NCBI GenBank assembly: GCA_013416795.1
Contig: RQSC01000966.1
Span: forward strand, 1 to 6,271
Reading direction: 5' to 3'
Origin: Prasinococcaceae sp. CCMP 1430
Lineage: Eukaryota > Plantae > Prasinodermophyta
Length of the DNA: 6,271 bases
The translations under genes and the position numbers were made by a program. Each line of letters starts with the position of its first letter. Within the stretch, counting starts at the first letter, position 1. Positions 1-5,465 of the stretch are shown here, piece after piece. The notes beneath the pieces were generated by a model. The model saw nothing but the letters and a program-made list of their open reading frames with translations. It did no database searches and had not been told where the DNA came from.

Positions 1-1
1 G

Positions 2-928
2 CAACCGACGCCAACGCCTCCTCCGAGCCCGCCTCCTCCCCCTCCCCCTCCTCCTCCGAGCCCGCCTCCGAACAAGGAAGAGAAGAAGACAAAGGTACGC
101 GCGCTGGTGCCTGCGCGCTTGCTCGTCGACACGGCGTGCCTCATCTGGCTGGCGCGAGCTGTATCGCACGGGGTGATGATGCTGACGCCAGTGCCAACGC
201 GCCGCGTGTTCTCTTCTGTGTGGTCTGGCCCTCCCGCGCTCACGCGTGCGCGCAAACGCTTCGCACGCCGCCGCCTGGTCGCCCGATCAATCGCACTTGC
301 GCGGCTGTGTCCTCCCCACCACGCACTGCGATGCGTGCTTGCCACCGCGGTCCATGCAAAACGTCAGAATACGAAGGACACGAAGGACACGAAGGACAAG
401 AAGGACAAGAAGGACAAGAAGGGCAAAAAGAAGCGCGAGATCGGCGAGAATGGCAACAAGGGCAAGAAGCGCTCGAAGAAGGACGTGAAGACTCCTCCAC
501 CGTCTTCTTCGAGGCCGCCTCTCCCTCACCCCCTTCCTCCTCCTTCTCCTCCTCCTTCTCCTCCGAGGCCGCCTCTCCCTCCTCCTCCTCCTCCTCCGAG
601 CCCGCCTCCGAAGAAGGCAGAGAAGAAGACAAAGGTACGCGCGCTGGTCCTTCAGCGCTTGCTTGTCGGCGCGGCGTGCCTCACCTGGCTGGCGCGAGCT
701 CTATCGCATGGGGTGATGATGCTGACGCCAGTGCCAACGCGCCGCATGTTTTCGTCCCCGTCGTCTGCCCCACCCACCCCCACGCTCACGCGCACACGCA
801 ATAAGCTCTCGAAGAAGCAGGTCAAGAAGCTCTGCAAGAAGGCAAAGAAGTCGAAGAAGAAGTGCAAGAAGGGCGACGCCAAGAAGAGCTGCAAGTTCAG
901 CAAGAAGAAGGGGTGCGTCCCCAAGTAG
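2..928 (+). CDS. Copy A: 5'-truncated nuclear gene for a Pro-rich (SPPP/SPPPP, extensin-like), Lys-rich protein with a C-terminal Lys/Cys domain; predicted exons 2-94, 368-634, 806-928
   Basis: Frame is open from 2 to TAG at 926-928. Spliced product: QPTPTPPPSPPPPPPPPPPSPPPNKEEKKTK / NTKDTKDTKDKKDKKDKKG...PPPSPPPKKAEKKTK / LSKKQVKKLCKKAKKSKKKCKKGDAKKSCKFSKKKGCVPK*. Lys is almost always AAG, typical of GC-rich nuclear genes. Both predicted introns are phase 0 with AAG|GTACGC donors. Function is inferred from composition only. Confidence 0.7.
   Translation, partial: QPTPTPPPSPPPPPPPPPPSPPPNKEEKKTKVRALVPARLLVDTACLIWLARAVSHGVMMLTPVPTRRVFSSVWSGPPALTRARKRFARRRLVARSIALARLCPPHHALRCVLATAVHAKRQNTKDTKDTKDKKDKKDKKGKKKREIGENGNKGKKRSKKDVKTPPPSSSRPPLPHPLPPPSPPPSPPRPPLPPPPPPPSPPPKKAEKKTKVRALVLQRLLVGAACLTWLARALSHGVMMLTPVPTRRMFSSPSSAPPTPTLTRTRNKLSKKQVKKLCKKAKKSKKKCKKGDAKKSCKFSKKKGCVPK
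95..367 (+). other. Predicted spliceosomal intron A1 (273 nt, phase 0)
   Basis: Donor AAG|GTACGC at 95; acceptor CGTCAG| at 367; no AG dinucleotide between 192 and 365. The first ~150 nt are homologous to intron A2. Amino-acid composition switches abruptly from K/P-rich at both boundaries. Confidence 0.65.
371..424 (+). repeat. 9-nt coding tandem repeat (A(C/A)GAAGG(A/G)C x6) encoding TKD TKD TKD KKD KKD KKG
   Basis: Six consecutive units read directly at 371-424. Confidence 0.85.
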
Positions 929-942
929 GCGCGCCAGCTGGC
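613..942 (+). repeat. 330-nt exact direct repeat, second copy at 5732-6061 (offset 5119)
   Basis: Base-by-base comparison by eye: exon end, intron, last exon and first 14 nt of the 3' UTR are identical. The first mismatch is 943 G versus 6062 A. Looser similarity continues about 50 nt further. Confidence 0.9.
635..805 (+). other. Predicted spliceosomal intron A2 (171 nt, phase 0)
   Basis: Donor AAG|GTACGC at 635; branch-like GCTCAC at 784-789; first downstream AG at 804-805 (AATAAG|CTC). An alternative in-frame acceptor CAG lies at 818-820. Confidence 0.7.
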
Positions 943-1139
943 GCCAAACAAACAGAAACACAAACAAACAATGTGAAACCGCACGCGAACACACGCCCTC
1001 AAAACGCCCAGCCAACCTTCGGTACCAACCAACCGCCGAGCGGAAGGGGAAGGCCGTTCACGGCGGCGGGCACATCGGGTTCGAATTTTGGCGAGGGGCC
1101 GCAGCGCGCGCGCGTGCGCGCGCCGCAGCCGCGCGGCGC

Positions 1140-1523
1140 AGAGTTTACAACAGTGCGCTGTCAACCTCCTTCACGCGGTGTCGCTGCATCAGGGTTTCCC
1201 CCAGTGTGCAAGATTCTTCACTGCTGCCCTGATTTCAGGTCTGAGCCCTTTTCAGTTCCAGTGTGGCTGATCATACTCTCATACCAGCGACGGATCATCG
1301 GCTAGGATGGGCACAAACCACCTACGACCTAATCCGAAACAGGACCCTCCAAAGGCGGATGCTTCCTTTCCAAACATTCGGGGGACTCTCTCCCTTGGTT
1401 TTTCCTTTGGGTAGTCTTCCTGTCTATTACTCACCCGGACGCCCTGAGCATTGCCCAGTCGACTTGCATGTGTTAGACGCACCGCCAGCGTTCCATCTGG
1501 GCCAGGATCAAACCCGTCCTTTC
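1140..1523 (-). rRNA. rns: Mitochondrial small-subunit rRNA, 5' ~385 nt only (truncated at about E. coli position 435 by the junction)
   Basis: Minus strand reads GGGTTTGATCCTGGCCCAGATGGAACGCTGGCGG...CTAACACATGCAAGTCG...GGGTGAGTAA...CAGCCACACTGGAACTGA...GGCAGCAGTGAAGAATCTTGCAC...GTTGTAAACTCT, collinear with bacterial 16S 5' domain landmarks. The 5' end is estimated. Confidence 0.95.
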
Positions 1524-1559
1524 ACGAATAGTTCTTTTTTCTGGTTTTTTCTCTTTTCT

Positions 1560-1703
1560 CCTGTGGTCGGAGAAGAAAGAAAGATTCAGAGTGGACCACA
1601 TAGAGTCTCTGAGGATCCTACTAGACCTTAAAGGGTCGTTGGTGTCCTGCGGGTGAAGATTCTTTCCCGCATAGAGTGGTCTGTTCGAAGGCAGCTTTGG
1701 TGT
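1560..1703 (-). mobile_element. 5' half of a group I intron inserted after LSU U1931 (P1, P3-P6, P7 5' strand, P3'; ends in the P8 region), no homing endonuclease ORF
   Basis: P1: exon AAGGU|A pairs with UGCCUU (1693-1688), with U.G at the splice site. GCU (1695-1693) fits P10 with the expected 3' exon start AGC. P3 GACCAC (1681-1676) pairs with GUGGUC (1599-1594). P4 UGCGGG (1671-1666) pairs with CCCGCA (1653-1648). P6 GGA/UCC; P6 hairpin GACC-CUUUAA-GGUC; R element UCAGAGACUCUA (1612-1601). The 3' boundary is approximate. Confidence 0.85.
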
Positions 1704-3550
1704 ACCTTAGTACTGTCAGTGATACAGCAGCCATTGGCCCGGTTTTCGATTTCCGGCAAACACCGGTCCTGTACAACGACGGGCATTGGGCACACGTCAG
1801 TCCCTATACGTCGTCTTTCGACTTTGCAGAGACCTGTGGTTTTAATAACCAGTCCCCGGCCACATTTTTCTGCGACTCCAGTCAGACTGGAGCCCTCCTT
1901 CTTGCGAACGTACGGAGTGAATTTGCCGAGTTCCTTAACCATGGGTCTCTCGACGCCTGAGTCTGTTCGACCCGCGCACCAGTGTCGGTTTAGGTACGGA
2001 TACAGGGTTTTTGAACTTTTCCTGGACCTTCTTTTCTCAGACCTTTCTTCCCAAAGAAAAAACCTCAAAGAAAGAAAGCCGTCCTTCAAAAACATCCTCC
2101 ATCAAAGTGAGACTTCTCTCATCTTCTTAGGATCCGTGTCTTCCACAGATGGTCAACAGTGCTGTGGAACCCGTGCGCATACGGCGACGGGGATTGGCTC
2201 CCCGAGCCTCGTTACTCATGTCAGCATGCTCACTCCCGAGTCCTCCAGAAAAAGTATCCTTTTTCCTTCAAAGGAACACAGGACGCTCCGCTACCAGAAC
2301 GAATCGTTCTCCGTCGTTTCGGTGGTGCCCTTCAGTCCCGAGTATGGTCGGCGCCAAAAAACTCATTCAGTGCGCTGGTACGCGATCATCATAGAACGGC
2401 TGCTTCCAAGCCCATCTCCTGAATGTCTCTGTTTTCTGACTTCCTTGCGCACTCAGGGCACACTTTGGGACCTTAACGGACGGTCTGGGCTCTTCCCCTC
2501 TCGACCCTGGACCTTCGCGCCCAGAGTCTGTACAGATACCCACCCTTTGTCGGCCTTCGGAGTTTTCTTGGACTTCGTAAAGGTTTGGGCTCCCGTCATC
2601 CAACAAGTGCTCTACCTCCGAAAAGGAGTCTGGGTCTAGTCTACCTACATAGATTTCGCGGAGAACCAGCTATCACCAGGCTTGGTAAGCCTTTCACTCC
2701 TTTCCACCCCTCATCCGAGAATTTTGCCACATTCACCGGTTCGGTCCTCCATCGAAAGACTTTCGACTTCAACCTGGAGATGGAAAGCTCGCCTGGCTTC
2801 GGGTCGTACACCCCCTATACACAGAAAAGAAAGAAAAAACCCTTATCGCATACGCTCAAGAGAAAATCCTTTCTTTGAAAACCAAGAAAGAAGCCTTTGT
2901 AAACTCGGGTTTCCTCCTGCCTCCACCTTTGGGCTCAAGCCTTGGTTTTTTTTTGTACAGGTGAATCTACACTCGCTGACCCATTATGCAAAAGGTACGC
3001 CGTCACCATGTCTGGCTCCGACCGTTTGATGTGCACCAGGATTCAGGTTCTTTTCAAGTCCTCATTCTTCGGAAGAAGTCTTCCGGATCGGTTCTTTTCA
3101 CCCTTCCCTCACGGTACATCCTGCGCTATCGGTTCTTCTAGGTATCCAACCTTCAGAGGGTGGTCCCCCTGTCTTCCATCGGTGTGATCCGATGTACTCA
3201 TTCTTTTCTCTGTCGACCCAGTCTTTCCTGTACAGGGCTTTCACCTTCTTTGGCCCGGGATTCCACCACGGTTCAAGAAAAGAAGAAGGTCGACCTTCTT
3301 TGGGGTTTTTCACCAAAAAAAGAGAGGTTTGGTCCGGGGTCGATCACATCTACTGCCGGAGTCTCGGTTGATCAGTCTTCCTCGGGGTACTGAGATGTTT
3401 CACTTCCCCCGGTGTTTGTTCTGTCTGAGCTTGTGCTCTTGGGAAATCAAAACTTTGTCGCGGTGTGCTAAAGTTTTGCCTTTCGTTTTGGTGTACGTCC
3501 CTTTCCTAGAAGACCAGGGCATCCCCCTGGTGCATCCTCTCTCTCTACGA
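1704..3550 (-). rRNA. rnl: Mitochondrial large-subunit rRNA, exon/module 1 (E. coli-equivalent ~1-1931); domains beyond 1931 are absent from the window
   Basis: Collinear 23S landmarks on the minus strand: GGATGCCCTGG, GGGGAAGTGAAACATCTCAGTACCC, GTACCGTGAGGGAAGG, CGTACCTTTTGCATAATGGGTCAGCG, GATAGCTGGTTCTCCGCGAAA, GGCTTGGAAGCAGCC (GTPase centre), AAACCGACACTGGTG, AAGGAACTCGGCAAA, H69, then CTAAGGT. The 5' end is estimated to within about 10 nt. Confidence 0.95.
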
Positions 3551-3573
3551 TTCCACGAATACTTTTTCAGCGG

Positions 3574-3646
3574 TAGCAGCGGTGGGGATCGAACCCACGG
3601 CCCTAGGAGTATGAATCCTATGCTCGTACCACTGAGCTACACTGCC
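3574..3646 (-). tRNA. trnM: tRNA-Met(CAU), probably elongator
   Basis: GGCAGTG/CGCTGCT acceptor stem, GCTC/GAGC D stem, TAGGA-TTCATAC-TCCTA anticodon arm, GTGGG-TTCGATC-CCCAC T arm. It lacks the three consecutive G-C pairs of initiator tRNA. A lysidine tRNA-Ile(CAU) is not fully excluded. Confidence 0.9.
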
Positions 3647-3651
3647 AAAGT

Positions 3652-3755
3652 GGAAAGCCCTCCATCGCGGTCCCAGTCTTCCGGTACAGCGAACCTTCAG
3701 AAAAAGACGGGTCGAAAAAGGATCGTGTAGGTTTTTCTGAATGCACTGACTTCCC
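3652..3755 (-). rRNA. rrn5: Mitochondrial 5S rRNA (divergent)
   Basis: Helix I GGGAAGUC/GGCUUUCC; helix II UUCAGAAAAA/UUUUUCUGAA; helix III ACG/CGU closing loop-C-like AUCCUUUUUCGACC; loop-E-like UGUA, with CCGG-AAGA-CUGG helix IV. Length ~104 nt; it lies in an rRNA/tRNA cluster. Confidence 0.75.
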
Positions 3756-3882
3756 TAGAGGCGGTCTATGAAGATCTTTCTTTTGTTTTTCTGTCTGCGA
3801 CCGGTTTAATGGTGACACTTTGTCCGGTCTCTTGAAAGGATTCTTTCTCTTTCGCTTTTTTCTTTAAAAAAGTCCGGTTTTG

Positions 3883-4659
3883 ATGCTCATCCTGTACACA
3901 CTTATGGTTTTCAGTCCTTTGGAACAGTTCGCCATCATTCGACTTCTCACCCTTCGGGTTGGAGGGCTCGATCTTTCCATCACAAACTCCTTCCTCATGA
4001 CCGTTTTGGGGTTGAGTCTGCTTTTGGGTGCCTATGTTTACACCCTTCAAGGAACAGGAGGAAAGCTTGTTCCGACCTACACCCAGGTCTGTGTGGAGTC
4101 TCAGTATACCTTTATCAAAGGGTTGGTTGGAGACCAACTTGGAAAGGAAGGGTATCCCTACCTTTCTCTTATCTATGTGGTCTTTACCTTGATTCTGGGA
4201 TGTAACCTTATCGGAATGGTTCCCTATTCCTTTACACCGACCTCCCACTTTATCTTTACCCTTGGATTGTCCCTTTCCCTCTTTATTGGGCTTGTGATTA
4301 TTGGGTTCTCACGCCATGGGCTTCACTTCTTTAGCCTCCTTCTTCCTGCAGGAACCCCTCTTGGACTTGCACCCTTCCTTGTTCTTCTTGAACTGATTTC
4401 CTATGTCTTTAAGGTGATCAGTCTTGGGGTTCGACTCGCAGCAAACATGCTTGCGGGACACTGTCTTTTGAAGATTCTTGCTGGGTTTGTATGGACTATG
4501 GTTCTGAGTGGGTCACCTTTGCTTATGCTTGCGGGAAGTCTTCCCTTTGGAGCCATTGTTATCTTGACCGGAGTGGAATTCGGAATTGCAGGGATTCAGG
4601 CATACGTGTTTACTATGCTTTTCTGTATCTACCTTCAAGAGGCTTTGAACCTTCACTGA
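3883..4659 (+). CDS. atp6: ATP synthase F0 subunit a (mitochondrial); ATG 3883, alternative ATG 3904
   Basis: N-terminal FSPLEQF, NLIGMVPYSFTPTSH, essential-Arg motif SLGVRLAANMLAGH, IQAYVFTMLFCIYL and C-terminal LNLH, then TGA 4657-4659. No frameshifts or internal stops. Confidence 0.97.
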   Translation: MLILYTLMVFSPLEQFAIIRLLTLRVGGLDLSITNSFLMTVLGLSLLLGAYVYTLQGTGGKLVPTYTQVCVESQYTFIKGLVGDQLGKEGYPYLSLIYVVFTLILGCNLIGMVPYSFTPTSHFIFTLGLSLSLFIGLVIIGFSRHGLHFFSLLLPAGTPLGLAPFLVLLELISYVFKVISLGVRLAANMLAGHCLLKILAGFVWTMVLSGSPLLMLAGSLPFGAIVILTGVEFGIAGIQAYVFTMLFCIYLQEALNLH

Positions 4660-4668
4660 GGATAGAAC

Positions 4669-4741
4669 GCGCCTATAGCTCAATGGATAGGGCGTCGCAC
4701 TTCGGATGCGAAGATTGAGGGTTCGAGTCCTTCTAGGCGTA
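4669..4741 (+). tRNA. trnR: tRNA-Arg(UCG)
   Basis: GCGCCTA/TAGGCGT acceptor stem; TCGCA-CTTCGGA-TGCGA anticodon arm; GAGGG-TTCGAGT-CCTTC T arm. Confidence 0.93.
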
Positions 4742-4796
4742 GACTCCTTTCCTTTTCCCAGACCCTCAAGTGTGTGCACCCTTTTCCCAGCCTTTG

Positions 4797-4869
4797 GAGC
4801 CTGTAGCTCAGTCGGGAGAGCGCACCCTTGATAAGGGTGAGGTCCGTTGTTCGAACCAACGTAGGCTCA
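4797..4869 (+). tRNA. trnI: tRNA-Ile(GAU)
   Basis: GAGCCTG/TAGGCTC acceptor stem; CACCC-TTGATAA-GGGTG anticodon arm; CGTTG-TTCGAAC-CAACG T arm. Confidence 0.95.
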
Positions 4870-4874
4870 GATTT

Positions 4875-4946
4875 GGAAGGATAGTTTCAATGGTAAAATG
4901 GCGGTCTCCAAAACCGGCGTTGGGGGTTCGAGCCCCTCTCCTTCTG
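4875..4946 (+). tRNA. trnW: tRNA-Trp(CCA)
   Basis: GGAAGGA/TCCTTCT acceptor stem; (G)CGGT-CTCCAAA-ACCG(G) anticodon arm with one G-G mismatch; GGGGG-TTCGAGC-CCCTC T arm. Confidence 0.9.
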
Positions 4947-4991
4947 AAGAAGGTTCTCAGAAAGAAACCCGTCATCTGACCGAGAAAGAAG

Positions 4992-5063
4992 GCTCCCTTC
5001 GTCTAGGGGTAAGGACATAACCTTTTCGAGGTTGAAACACGGGTTCGAATCCCGTAGGGAGCA
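4992..5063 (+). tRNA. trnE: tRNA-Glu(UUC)
   Basis: GCTCCCT/AGGGAGC acceptor stem; TAACC-TTTTCGA-GGTTG anticodon arm; ACGGG-TTCGAAT-CCCGT T arm. Confidence 0.93.
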
Positions 5064-5065
5064 GG

Positions 5066-5110
5066 AAAGAAAGGAAGTCTTTCTTTTTTCAGACTCTTTT
5101 TTCTGAAAAA
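5066..5110 (+). other. Two adjacent AT-rich hairpins just downstream of trnE (possible processing or termination signal)
   Basis: AAAGAAAG (5066-5073) pairs with CTTTCTTT (5079-5086), and TTTTTCAGA (5085-5093) pairs with TCTGAAAAA (5102-5110). Function is not demonstrated. Confidence 0.35.
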
Positions 5111-5197
5111 CTCAGTCTTTTTTCTTGTGTTTCCCTTTCTTTTTCTTTTGTACAGAAAGAAAGCTTCCACCAGTCTCCTTTTTCTTTCTTTGACTGA

Positions 5198-5272
5198 ATG
5201 ACACTTCTTACCTTTGTCTTCCAACTTACCCAGATTCTTGGTCTTCTTCTTCCTTTGTTGATTGCGGTTGCN
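5198..5272 (+). CDS. nad1: NADH dehydrogenase subunit 1, N-terminal 25 codons only, cut at the N
   Basis: MTLLTFVFQLTQILGLLLPLLIAVA resembles the hydrophobic Nad1 start that normally continues (Y/F)xTLxERK. It has the same T/C-rich codon style as atp6. It is short, so the assignment is tentative. Confidence 0.65.
5272..5272. other. Ambiguous base N, probable scaffold/contig join between the mitochondrial and nuclear sequences
   Basis: The only N in the window; it falls exactly at the switch from nad1 to the GC-rich 15-mer array. Confidence 0.8.
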
Positions 5273-5465
5273 GAGCCCGCCTCCTCCGAGCCCGCCTCCT
5301 CCGAGCCCGCCTCCTCCGAGCCCGCCTCCTCCGAGCCCGCCTCCTCCGAGCCCGCCTCCTCCGAGCCCGCCTCCTCCGAGCCCGCCTCCTCCGAGCCCGC
5401 CTCCTCCCAGGCCGCCTCCTCCGAGCCCGCCTCCTCCGAGCCCTCCTCCTCCGAGCCCGCCTCCG
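5273..5465 (+). repeat. 15-nt coding tandem repeat GAGCCCGCCTCCTCC, 12 full units plus a partial one, encoding (SPPPP)n
   Basis: Units 1-9 and 11 are perfect; unit 10 is CAGGCCGCCTCCTCC (RPPPP); unit 12 is GAGCCCTCCTCCTCC. Confidence 0.95.

Larger units (their letters stand above)
1140..5271. other. Mitochondrial genome segment embedded in nuclear-type sequence (NUMT or assembly chimera)
   Basis: Contains mitochondrial-type atp6, the nad1 start, rns, rnl, rrn5 and five tRNAs without encoded CCA. Composition changes abruptly from CG-repeat-rich DNA at ~1140, and there is an N at 5272. Confidence 0.9.

Noticed and set aside
240-1164. Minus-strand ORFs over copies A and B (poly-E/G, poly-L/F), also at 5003-6185
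   Set aside because: They are antisense shadows of the Pro/Lys repeats. The splice signals and the shared stop are on the plus strand.
136-1305. Overlapping acidic reading frame (EPASS, EGQ, EEE-rich) that would also stay open after splicing
   Set aside because: It relies on GAA/CAA codons that are atypical of this GC-rich DNA. A 4-nt indel between the copies just after the Lys-frame stop disrupts it, and in copy A it runs into antisense rns. It is best explained as a shadow frame of low-complexity sequence.
1620-1665. Weak resemblance of ACCCGCAGGACACCAACGACCC to LSU domain V (ACCCGCGGCAAGACGGAAAGACCC)
   Set aside because: The invariant GAAAGACCC is absent, about 100 nt of intervening rRNA would be missing, and the segment fits group I P4/P6 pairings much better.
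3283-3300. Perfect 18-bp palindrome AAGAAGGTCGACCTTCTT
   Set aside because: It lies inside rnl and is simply explained as a variable-region rRNA hairpin.
1263-3818. ORFs of 66-328 aa in the ORF track (e.g. 1653-2639, 1628-2095)
   Set aside because: They overlap rns, rnl, trnM and rrn5 and show no recognisable protein motif. In particular there is no LAGLIDADG or GIY-YIG signature, so none is a homing endonuclease.
1140-5271. Bacterial or plastid origin of the rRNA/tRNA block
   Set aside because: atp6 stands alone with the mitochondrial FSPLEQF...NLH form and no atp operon, the tRNAs lack CCA, the gene order is not 16S-23S-5S, and a nad1-like start follows.
5273-5465. CRISPR-like array
   Set aside because: The 15-mers are head-to-tail with no spacers, encode SPPPP, and no cas genes are present.
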